DNA of 64,000 nucleotides from Squalus acanthias (taxonomy: Eukaryota). The notes beneath the pieces are model-generated. The model was given only the letters and a program-made list of their open reading frames with translations. It was not told the DNA's origin and searched no databases. Within the stretch, counting starts at the first letter, position 1, and every line of letters begins with the position of its first letter. The position numbers were made by a program, and so were the translations under genes. The stretch is taken from contig CM059432.1 in the NCBI GenBank assembly GCA_030390025.1, positions 65,350,001-65,414,000 on the forward strand. Reading direction: 5' to 3'. Shown one piece after another: positions 38,700 to 50,019 of the stretch.

Positions 38700-39400
38700 G
38701 CCAGGGATGTAGTGGGTAGCCTTGGTCTCAAAGGAGCTAACATTACACTTTTTTCACAGGATCAAACAGAAGAACAATGGATTATTGTAAAATAAAGGTG
38801 TCATAACTATGGATAGGAAAATGTGCATTAACCAGCACAATCCATGCAAATAGACACAAACTAGCCACACATTGTTAAATGGGAAGCCCTGTGATGAAGG
38901 CACCACTATTGTGGGCAGGACTTGCAAAGCTATGTCTATACAATTAATGATACCATGGAATTTGAGAAACACTGTAATCTGGGTAAACCCAGGGCTCTCT
39001 TCTACTGTTTCTAGTTGTCCATTCGGAAGTGATGGAGTTGTTTGTTCTGGCAAACAATGCAACAATCATCTGCTTTATAATTGAATGGACTTCAGATTGG
39101 CTGATGTTGCTAATATGCCCTATGGCAGCCTGGAGGGAGCCTGAGGCAATCATTTTAAGGACTGCAGTGACCTTTACAGCAACTGAAGTTGTTGGCTTCA
39201 AGACATGCCAGCACATGTCAGGCATCCAGTCTTCCCCCTTCGAGCACCGTACAAGCTCCAGAGATGCAGCTAGCAGTAGCTTCCTCTCAGCCCCCAAGTT
39301 GCCATGAGAGGAAGGCCAATTCAGTCCCACAACACCTGTAGTACAGAAGCACCCAACCACCTCTCATGAGGTGCACCTAGGATGAGCACTAGACATAGAA
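38700..39400 (-). pseudogene. Degenerate Harbinger (HARBI1-like) transposase fragment
   Basis: VAVKVTAVLKMIASGSLQAAIGHISNISQSEVHSIIKQMIVAL (HTH region) and HGIINCIDIAL (first DDE motif region) in shifted frames. Confidence 0.7.
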
Positions 39401-39639
39401 TAGGAGAAAGAAAGGCATGTTTAGACTCCCAGGGGTAGCACGGTATAAGGAGAGAGTGGCTCATGTTCACTTTTGACTTACTTGTAATAACAACTTGCAT
39501 TTATTTAATGCTTTTAAAGTAGGAAAAACATCCCAAGATGCTTCATAGAGGCATAATTTAAAAATGGACACTGAGGCAAAGAAGGAGGCATTAGGAGGGT
39601 GAGCAAAATCTTAGTCAAACAGGTGGAAGGGGTGGGGGT

Positions 39640-42190
39640 TCTAGGAGGAGGCTACAGAGATAGAGGGGCGATCACACTGCTGGGAGTGTACTACAGACCC
39701 CCAAACAGTGAGAGGGAGATAGAAGAACAAATATGTAGACAAATATCTGAGAAGTGCAAAAATTATAGGACAGTAATAGTAGGGGATTTCAACTACCCCA
39801 ATATTAATTGGGATAAAATTAGTGTGAAGGGTACAGAGAGTGCGGAATTCCTAAAATGCTTTCAGGAGAACTTTTTTAGCCAGTATGTAGCAAGCCCAAC
39901 AAGGGAGGGGGCGGTTCTGGACTTAGTTTTAGGGAATGAAGCTGGGCAGGTAGAAGGCGTATCAGAGGGGGAGCATTTTGGTGCTAGTGACCATAATTCT
40001 GTTAGATTTAAGGTAGTTATGGAAAAGGACAAGGATAGATGAGGAATATAAATTCTAAATTGGGGAAAAGCAAATTTTGCTAAGCTCAGAGGGGATTTAG
40101 CCATAGTGGACTGGAAACATCTACTTGAAGGTAAATCAGTGTAAGAGCAGTGGGAGGCATTCAAGGAGGAGATCCGGAGGGTTCAGACCAAATATGTGCC
40201 CTTAAAGAAAAAAGGTGGGACTAACAAATCTAGAGCCCCCTGGATGTCTAGAGACATACAGGGTAGGATAAAGAAAAAAGGGAGGCGTATGACAGATACC
40301 GAGGGCTAAATACTCCAGAATCTTTAGAGGAGTACAGAAAGTGCAGTGGTGCAATTAAAAAGGATATTAGGAAAACAAAGAGAGAGCATGAAAAATTCTT
40401 GGCAAGTAAAATCAAGGAAAACACAAAGATGTTTTATAAATATATTAAGAGTAAGAGGATAACTAAAGAAAGGGTAGGGCCTATTAGAGATCATGAGGGT
40501 AATCTGTGTGTGGAGGCGGGAGATGTCGGTAGGGTTCTTAATGAATACTTTGTGTCTGTTTTCACAAAGAAGAGGGGCGAAGCAGACATTGCTATCAGCG
40601 GGGAGGAGTGTGAAATATTAGATGAAATAAACATAGTGAGAGAGGAAGTATTAAGGGGTTTAGCAGCTTTAAAAGTGGATAAATCCCCAGGCCCGGATGA
40701 AATGTATCCCTTTCTGGCTTCAGGTGTGGTGCCGGAGGACTGGAGGACTGCTAATGTGGTACCCTTATTTAAAAAGGGAGAAAAGGATAGTCTGAGTAAT
40801 TACAGGCCAGTCAGCCTAACCTCGGTGGTGGGAAAATTATTGGAAAGAATTTTGAAGGACAGGATAAATCTTCATCTGGAAAGACACGGATTAATCAAGG
40901 ATAGTCAGCACGGATTTGTTAAGGGAAGGTTGTGTCTGACAAACTTGATTGAATTTTTTGAGGAGGTAACAAGGAGTGTAGATGAGGGTAGTGCGTTTGA
41001 TGTAGTATACATGGACTTTAGCAAGGCTTTTGATAAGATTCCACATGGCAGACTGGTCACAAAGTTAAAAGCCCATGGGACCCAGGGCAAAGTGTCAAGC
41101 TGGATTCAAAACTGGCTCGGAGACAGGCAGCAGAGGGTAATGGTTGATGGGTGTTTTTGTGACTGGAAGGCTGTTTCCAGTGGGGTTCCGCAGGGCTCAG
41201 TACTGGGTCCCCTGCTTTTTGTGGTATATATCAATGATCTAGACTTGAATATAGGGGGTATGATTAAGAAGTTTGCAGATGAAACTAAATTGGGCTGTGT
41301 GGTTGATACTGAAGAAGGAAGCTGTAGACTGCAGGAAGATATCAATAAATTGGTCAGGTGGGCAGAACAGTGGCAAATGGAATTCAATCTGGAGAAGTGT
41401 GAGGTAATGCATTTGGGGAGGGCTAACAAGGAAAGGGAATACACATTAAATGGTAGGACACTGAGTAGTGTAGAGGATAAAGGGACCTTGGAGTGCATGT
41501 CCACAGATCCCTGAAGGTAGCAGGCCAGGTAGATAAGGTGGTTAAGAAGGCATACAGAATGCTTGCCTTTATTAGCCGTGGCATAGAATACAAGAGCAGG
41601 GGGGTTATGCTTCAACTGTATAAAACACTAGTTAGGCCTCAGCTAGAGTAGTGCGTGCATTTCTGATCACCACATTACCGGAAAGATGTGATTGCGCTAG
41701 AGAGGGTAGAGAGGAGATTTACAAGGATGTTGCTGGGAGTAGAGAATCTTAGCTATGAGGAAAGGCTGGATAGGCTGGGTCTGTTTTCCTTGGAACAGAG
41801 GAGGCTGAGGGGAGACCTTATTGAGGTGTATAAAATTATGAGGGGCATAGATAAAGTGGATAGAAAGGACCTATTTCCCTTAGCAGAGGGGTCAAAAACC
41901 AGGGGCACAGATTTAAAGTAACTGGTGAAAGGTTTAGAGGGGATTTGAGGGGAAATTTCTTCACCCAGAGGATTGTGGGGGTCTGGAACTCACTGCCTGA
42001 AAGGGTGGTAGAGGCAGGAACCCTAACCACATTTAAAAAGTACTTGGATGTGCACTTGGGATGCTGTAACCTGCAGGGCTACGGACCAAGAGCTGGGAAT
42101 TGGGATTAGGCTGGATAGCTCTTTGTTGGCCGGCACAAACACGATGGGCTGAAATGGCCTCCTTCCGTGCTGTAATTTTCTATGATTCTA
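39640..42190 (+). mobile_element. CR1 LINE with endonuclease end and RT, stops and frameshifts
   Basis: ORFs 39599..40042 (YRPP, GDFN, SDH), 40399..41514 (RT), 41688..41921; 3' tail ttctatgattcta. Confidence 0.95.
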
Positions 42191-42409
42191 GTGAGGGCAA
42201 GGTCTATTAAAAGATTTAAATGTAAGTATAATAATTTTAAATTTGATATAATGTAGGGCAAGTAGCCAATATAGATTAGGGAAGACAGAGGTAATAGGTG
42301 AGCAGAGTTTTCCATCAGTTGAAGTTTACAGATGGTGGAGAACGGGAGGCCAGTCAGGAGAGCACTGAATAGAAACTCAGTTCAGGGTCGAATAGGGCGA
42401 GCTTGTGTA

Positions 42410-42512
42410 CAATAAAAACAGAAAATGCTGGAAATACTCAGCAGGTCAGGCAGCCTCTGTGGAGAGAGAAACAGAGTTAGCGTTTCAGGTCGATGGCCCT
42501 TCGTCAGAGCTC
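42410..42512 (-). mobile_element. Penelope terminal-repeat fragment with degenerate hammerhead
   Basis: Same sequence family as 61019-61213; minus strand CTGACGA-AGGGCCATCGACCT-GAAAC-GCT. Confidence 0.7.
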
Positions 42513-42519
42513 ATCAGAG

Positions 42520-43720
42520 CTTGTGTACAGTCTGGTTTGGCCTGAGACAATGCTTGGGGAAGGGGATGGAGTTGGAGACAAGACTACAGAGTTTGTGGCG
42601 TGGCCAAAGACGATGGCTTCAGTCTTCCAAATGTTGTGCTGGAAGAAATTGCAGCTCATCCAAGACTGAATGTCAGACAAGCAATCTGCCAGCACAGCAG
42701 TTGTGAAGAGATTGAGCTGTGTGTCATCAGTGCACATGTGGAAGCTGACCCAATATCTGTGGATGTTATTGCCAAGAAGCTGCATGCAGATGAGAAAGAC
42801 AAGGGGGCCAACGATGGATCCTTGGAAGAGTCCTGCAGTAATGGTGTGGGAGAGGAAGGGAAGCCATTACTGAAGGTGCTCTGGCTACGATTGAATAAAA
42901 ATGAGAAGTCGCACAACACCAGGTTATAGTCCAACAGATTTATTTAAATAAATCTGTTGGACTACAACCTGGTGTTGTGCAACTTCTCATTTTTGTCCAC
43001 CCCAGTCCAACACCGGCATCTCCGCATCATGACTACGATTGAATAGGCAAGAGTGGAACTAATCAAGGAAAGTCTACCAAGTTGAGAATGGAGGAGAATC
43101 AACGGATGATGATGATGTGGTTGATCGTGTCAACTCCTGCAGAGACATCAAGGAGTACAAGTTGGAATAATGCACCACCATCATAGTAACAGAGAATGTC
43201 AATCATGATTTTGGTTAGGGCAATTTATGGGTTGTGGGAGTGATGGAAACCTACTTAAAGAAATTCAAATGGAGTTGCTGGAGAAATGAGCATGGATTTA
43301 GGAAATGACAACACATTCAAGGGCTTTGGAGAGGAAAGAGAGGTTGGAGATAGGATGGTAATTTGCAAAGACAGAGGGTTCAAGGATGTTCTTTTCTTAA
43401 AGAATGGGGTGATGATGTTGGATTTGAAAGAGATGGAACAGTGCTTAAGGAGAAGAAACCATTTACAAAGTCAGCTAACATGGAGACCAGGAAGAGAAGT
43501 TAGTTGATAAGCAATTTAGTGTAAATAGGGTCAAGGTAGCAGGAAGTGAGTTTCATGAACAAAATATTCTTGGAAGGGCATGGAAGAAGATGGAATGGAA
43601 CTAGAGGGAGACAGGGGTGATTAAGGGCGAGGGTAGGGTGCCCTGGGGAATACTTGGCTTGGTGGGCAAGGGACAGGGGAATGCAGCATAGGCAGCTGAA
43701 TGGATAGTCTCGATCTTGGT
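42520..43720 (-). mobile_element. Old L2 LINE fragments
   Basis: FHMCTDDTQL...DCLSDIQSWMSCNF...KTEAIVFG; similar to the reverse complement of 61800-62400. Confidence 0.75.
42898..43032. mobile_element. Penelope-type inverted terminal-repeat remnant (loopless palindrome)
   Basis: 49-bp arms (42897-42994) with 2 mismatches; 13-bp TSD CTACGATTGAATA. Confidence 0.75.
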
Positions 43721-46409
43721 GAAAATAAAGCCCATAACATATATCGCCATTCCTTTCATTACTGGGCCAAAAGTCTGGACTTCCGTACCAAACATTATTG
43801 TGGGAGCACCACAAAGACTGCATCTGTATTTAAACGGATGTATGCAGTTAAAGTGCTGAACAGGTTCTTAGAAGAAGTACTGAAATGTTTGGTGAAACAG
43901 AAGAGAAAAGGCTGATGTAGGACTACTGCTGTCATAAATTAGAGAAAGGAGGGATGCAATAGTTGGAGTACAAGGGAAGATGTCATCACATGCAGCAGCC
44001 ATGCCATGTGGAAGGAGGGGGCTGTGGCTGTGAACACCTTGCAATCTGCAATCCCAAATGCTCCCTTGCAGTATCAGAAGAAAGTTAATAAACTCAGTAA
44101 GTCAGCAAGGCAAGAATGTTTTCAGATGGATAACAGGGCAGAGAACTGAATCACAAAGAGGAATATGGGTATTCTCCAGCACAACACTCAAGGAATGCCC
44201 TTTGAGGTATCCCATGGCACCATGTTGCTTGTCCCGAAGCAAAGTCACCTGGTGGCAGTCATGTTAAGCATCCTATAATGCATGCTAGCACATTGAAGTC
44301 ACACAACTTAGGTCCTTGCTCACTTACATCTATCATTACTACCATTCATTCCATGAATCCTTACTGACTCTGACTGCAGTTCCTCAGTATGTCCTGAAAC
44401 ACCATGGAATTTATACCGGGGCCTGAGGAACCCTGATCTATTCAGGCCTTGTCAGAAATTCCTGGCACTGCAAAAGCGTAATTGACAACTTACACCCTCC
44501 TCCAAATCAGAATTTTTGGGGCTGATGATTCTGGTGCTGATCGGGCCAGGGAATTATCTGCAGAAGGCAGTAGACTGGATTTGAACAGTTAAATTGTGGA
44601 GATTAAGTTATTCTGGTGTTTTGCTTGATAACCTTTGGGGGTCAGGATGAGATACATCCTACGATAGGCAACATCAAATATAGTTTTTGGAAGAAGCAGG
44701 CATGTTGAATAAATGCCTTGTCTTGTTCCCTGCTTTAGGTTCTAACATTGAAGTGATCAAAGGAAACATAACTGCTTTAATGAACCATTGAACCATTGAA
44801 AATGCTGGAATGGCCAAATATGAGGGAAGCACATGCTTCCCATAGCATCAGCCAGAAAACCTAATTGATTCATTACAAATTAACCAAAATAGAGAGGTCC
44901 CATCATGAATCATACCACAGGAACTGGCTTCAGTGAAGAATGAAACAAAGGAACATTAAGAAAGTGAGACTATGAGTAGAACATAAAATATATGGTGAGA
45001 TCATCATACCTAACAAAATACAAGCTTACCGAATGATGGAACAAAGATCATACTGGGCAGTATGGCTCCAATCAAACATTCAAAATCTAGAAATCATTAA
45101 AGAAGTTTGTATACCAATAAATCAAAGTGAGCTGGAGGGAGGTAATCAGAGCCCTGGTTTCAGCAAAGCAGCTGGATGTAGCATGTCAGTGGCCTGGTCA
45201 GGGAGAGAATCAGAAGGTTGGCCACAGAAAGGGAATAGCAGAGAAGAAACATGGAACTTTAGAGAAATAAAAGAAACCACAAGGGGGAATAACTGGTCTG
45301 GTCCCTATAGCCCTGATTTTAACCAAACCCACCCAGCGGGAAATGGGCAGATTCAGGTTGGATGCCCTTTTTCCACCCGCCTAATTTTATGCCCCATTGA
45401 AGTCAATGGAGTGTAAATTGGGTGGGGCGCAAAACAGGTGTATGACCCAAACCCAACAGGCAGGTTAGGATAAAATCAGGTTTATGTGTAGCGACATTGT
45501 AAACACATTTGCCTGGAATATCCGTGAGGGTTCTCTTGCGGGTGATTGGAGGAATCCCCAGGGAAACACCGCAAAAGGCTAAAAAGGTAAAGCAGGAGAT
45601 CGGGAGAACCCAGTGGAAACTCAGAGCAATTAGTTTTGAATGCATGTATGATGTCTTTACCCAGAGGACAAGCAGAATCAGAAAAAGATAGCAGGGGATA
45701 AGCAGAGATACGATGAAGAGGAAAGACAGAAGCAACTTGAGAGAAAACAATAAATTATAAATATTATGATATAACCTCAGATTTAAAAAGATTGGTATGT
45801 AAACTTGCAAAACAATTAAAATACTATGGAATTAGTTTTGCTGTTTCTGTGCTTTCTACCTTGTTTCACTTACACTCATGCATATGAGGTACACAGGAAC
45901 CCGATACAATTCCAACGGCTCAGTAGGCAGAGCATGCGCTGTGTAAGCATCACTCAGTCAAACCTGTTGGGCAAGAGGAAGCGGCCCAAAAAGGGGAGTG
46001 TTCAAAATATGTTTGTGCATCCAGGAGGAGCAAAAGTGATCCTCCAGGTTCCATATGAATAATTTGGACCGCTGTCACCCTGGGCTTTTCCCCATCCATA
46101 ATTGCACCCCACGCAGACCCACTTTACTGCCAGCCGGGTCGGCCCCCGGGTCGCCTGATATTGCACCGGTCTGGAGCTGGCAAACTGGAGAGTGGTGCCC
46201 ATATGGTGGCCACAGCTTACCAGCAGCATGATAATGAGGCCCAGCCCTCAAAATAGACCTGACCTCCTGCCAGCATAATCGGGTAGCCAGCTGTCACGCT
46301 CCGCTTGTCGATAGTTAAAATCAACCCAATTACCAAAATATGGGGCATTGAAATAGGTGGATGGAGCCAACAAGTATAATTACATTAGCATTCAAAATTC
46401 AGCACTTAC

Positions 46410-46481
46410 AGGTATTTCAAGTTGTCCAAGTCCTCGAATGCTTTCCTTGGTATTCTTTTGATTTGGTTATTGTTCAATAAT
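46410..46481 (-). CDS. PXDNL: Peroxidasin-like LRR exon (72 nt): [23 protein letters not shown](L)
   Basis: Manual reverse complement: tatatacAG acceptor, GTAAGT donor; 24-codon LRR matching the recalled peroxidasin LRR region; in frame with the next exon. Confidence 0.9.
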
Positions 46482-46911
46482 CTGTATATATAAAAAAAAA
46501 AATCTTGATTTTCACAGCATATATTGTGCCAACAATGAGGGAGTTTTTCTTTATAAAGAACAGGTTTATGTTACACATAGTACATGGAAGAAATCTTTCA
46601 GTAAAACAGTAGAATTAGGGTACATTTTCTGAATCCATGTCAGCAGTGAGTACCTCGTCCACTGCTACTGCATATTGGAAAATTGCAAGAGGCCGAAATA
46701 CTCACTGCTGGTGTGAACTCCAAAATGTAATCTTAAGAATTAACTCAGGGATTAGGTTATATTTGTACATAAAGCCTCAGACACTGATGACATTACATCC
46801 AGTGCCAATAACTCTCAATGAATGTCTGCTGACACCTGAATTGTCTCTCACCAATACAAATTTATATTTTATTATCAGACACAAACAATACTTTGCTATG
46901 AAGGACAGACT

Positions 46912-47003
46912 GGAGTAGATTTTCAACTTGCTAGCCTATTACAGAAACCAGCTGATTTTCATTTCAAGTTTAACGCCCAGGAGTTAAGATGAAAATCTAC
47001 CCG
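46912..47003. mobile_element. Miniature MITE (about 92 bp)
   Basis: Inverted ends GTAGATTTTCA / TGAAAATCTAC. Confidence 0.5.
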
Positions 47004-47494
47004 ACCATGTCTTGTAATATCAGACTAGTGGAAAGCAAGCACTAAGCACTCTTAAAAAAAAAAAAGCCCTATGGTGAGACACACTCTCGAATAATTGAGC
47101 TATCAATTTGCTGTGTTCCCAATGACTTGTTCATTCAAGGATAGAGTAGGTTGAGCCAAATCTTTCTTGGCACTTGAAGATTGTATATCCAAAAAAATCT
47201 CAACTCTCTCTTTTCTTTTATTGCCATCATGAATTCCTTCCACTGAACTGGGAGTATGTACAATAGTTACAGGATTTTTTGTTTAGACTGGTAGTTGACC
47301 CACAGCCAATTGGATGGTGGAAATAGTGAAATTGGTGACCATCTCTGAAGAAATTTAATTGCAGATATAAACATTTTTCTGCCATTTTACTCCATGAAAG
47401 TGCTTCAGTAGCTGAACTGATTTAACCACATGTGCAGTACTGCCACCCCATTAGTTATTTTTCTCTTTCCCCCTCAAACCCTGAAAACAGGGAT

Positions 47495-47872
47495 ATGGTA
47501 GCATAGTGGTTATGTTACTGGACTAGTAATCCAGAGGCCTGGACTAATGATCTGAGAGACTTGAGTTCACCTCTGACCACAGCAGCTGGGTCATTTAAAT
47601 TCAATTAACTAAATAAATTTGGAATAAAAAAACTAGCATTGGTAATGGTGACCATGAAACTACAGGATTGTTGTAAAAACCCATCTGGTTCACTAATGCC
47701 CTTTAGGGAAGGAGATCTGTCGTCCTTACCTGGTCTAGCCTATATGTGACTCCAGACCCACAGCAATGTGGTTGACTCTTAACTGCCACTTATTCAAGAA
47801 GGTGGCTCAACACCGCCTTCTCAAGAACAATAAATGCTGGCCTTGCTGGTGATGCCCACATGAATTTTTTTT
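47495..47872 (+). mobile_element. SINE family B
   Basis: tRNA-like head tagcatagtggtt...gagttca; LINE-like tail gaaggtggctcaacaccgccttctcaag. Confidence 0.8.
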
Positions 47873-48019
47873 AAATGTCTATCGTGGCATGAGAAGGCAG
47901 GTGCTGTTGCACTTAGCATTGGTATGAGCAATTTATGTCATTGTGGTAGGAATCACACTCATTAGCAATTAATGTCAGTGCCTAAAATGGGAACAGGATG
48001 GTCCTCCACTCTTCTTTTT

Positions 48020-48755
48020 AGGCAGTCCCTCAGAACCGAGGATGACTTGCTTCCACATTAAAAATGAGTTCGCAGGTGACTGATGAGTCCAATGCGGGAC
48101 CTACAGTCTCTGTCACAGGTGGGGCAGACGGTGGTTGAAGGGGCGGGTGGGTGGGGTGCTTGGGTTGACGTGCGCTCATGGATTGGCAGGATCTTGCGGA
48201 GGCAGCGTTGGTGGTACCTCTCCAGTGCTTTGAGGTGCCTGCTGTACATGGTCCATGTCTCTGAGGCATACAGGCAGGGCGGGTATCACTGCTGCTCTGT
48301 AGACCATGAGCTTAGTGCCGGGTTTGAGGTCCTGGTCTTCAAACACTCTCTTCCTCAGGCGACCGAAGGCTGCACTGGTACACTGAAGGCAGTGTTGGAC
48401 TTTGTCATCGACGTCTGCCCTTGTTGACAGTAGGCTCCCGAGGTATGGATAGTGGTCCATGTTGTCCAAGGCCTTGTCGTGGATTTTGATAATCGGGGGG
48501 CAGTACTGTGTGGCGGGAGCAGGTTGGTAGAGGACCTTTGTCTTACGGATATTTAGTGTAAGGCCCATGCTCTCGTACGCTTCGGTGAAGGTGTTGACGA
48601 TGGTTTGGAGTTCGACCTCAGAGTGAGCACAGACGCAAGCGTCATCTGCATACTGTAATTCAACGACAGAGGATGGGACGACCTTGGATCTGGACTGGAG
48701 GTGATGGAGGTTGAACAGTTTCCCGTTTGTTCTGTAAATTAGCTCCACTCCAGTG
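48020..48755 (-). mobile_element. RTE-clade LINE 3' fragment
   Basis: ORF 48176..48793: ELQYADD...GLTLNIRKTKV; C-terminal CPTCDRDCRSRIGLISHLRTH. Confidence 0.9.
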
Positions 48756-48769
48756 AATGTTGCACACAG

Positions 48770-49025
48770 CAGAATGTTGTCCTCAGTTAACATTTAATTT
48801 ATCCTGGCCAACATTCCTTCCTCCGTCAACACCATCAGACACAGATTAACTGGTCATTTATTTCATTTGCTATTTGTAGGACCATACTGTGCGCAAACTG
48901 GCTGTAGCATTTGCTGACATAACGATAGTGACTACACTTCAAAAAATATTTCATTGGATGTGAAGTATTTTAAGATATCCTGAGGACATGATGAGGCACC
49001 ATGTCAATGCAAGTTCTTTCCTTCT
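48770..49025 (+). mobile_element. 3' half of a SINE family A copy
   Basis: tcctggccaaca...gtgactacacttcaaaa...aatgcaagttcttt. Confidence 0.7.
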
Positions 49026-50019
49026 TAATTTGCTAAACTGGAGAAATGGGGGATGAAATTCCATCTTCGGTAGGAGTGCAAAACGGGCAGTAGCGGATTG
49101 GCCGCCCATTATCCTTTCCGTCCGTTACCACCCGTTTTATGCCGCAGCCAACATTGAAAGTTCGACCTAATGTTAACCAACTGTTGCTCCCCATCTTCTC
49201 TCCCCATCACTTGAAATAATTAGATGAAAGAAGCAATTTTAATGCACACAAGGGACATAAACCATATCCTCAGCGATATAAAGCTAATCCATTGTTTAAT
49301 AGTCATATACATAAAATCTCGTTTTATATTTCTTAAAGTGGGACCCGGAAAATATAATTCTGTGGATAATTTATGCTCATTATCTATTTTCCTTAATATT
49401 ATGCTCAGATGTCATTGTTACTTTCTGAGGAACAAATGTATCTGTGCATAAAATTCTTTTCTCATTATTCCCATTAAAAAGGATACAAGGTTTGAGTCCT
49501 CTGCAGACATGCATCTCCAAACTCCGGCAATGCAAACAATGAAATTTTATGTGAAAAAAGTAGTAAAACTGCAAACTCACTGAAATGAATGCCTATGCGG
49601 ATGATTTGGTTTTAGAGAGAACAGACAGTAAAAAGGACTGACACAGGAGTGAAACTGTCAAACGTATGTTCTGCCATGCAGAACTGGTAGAGAATGTTGA
49701 AGCTGCTCTCTGACAGGATTTTCTGCAGGGTTAAAATCTGAGAAAAGTGACAAAGAAGGCAGTCCCACATCCTTGTAAGCTGGCCGTCAGCAGACTTGAG
49801 AGCTTTGACTTTGAACAGTTACATCCTAGAGCTGCAAAAAGATGTTTGCTGGTTTCTTATTATTGTGGTGGACAGATAAGCAATGAAGCCAATGTGGTCA
49901 ACAAACTTTAATCAGCCAAACTGAATAATGATGTGCCGTATTGTCATGTCAATGTGTCTCTGGGTAAAACCAACACGCATTTGACCACGCTGAGATGTAA
50001 AGAAGAGCCAAAAAAGTTA

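Noticed and set aside
40399..41514. 371-aa ORF as a functional gene
   Set aside because: CR1 ORF2 fragment with an internal deletion, FADE instead of FADD, and flanking stops and frameshifts
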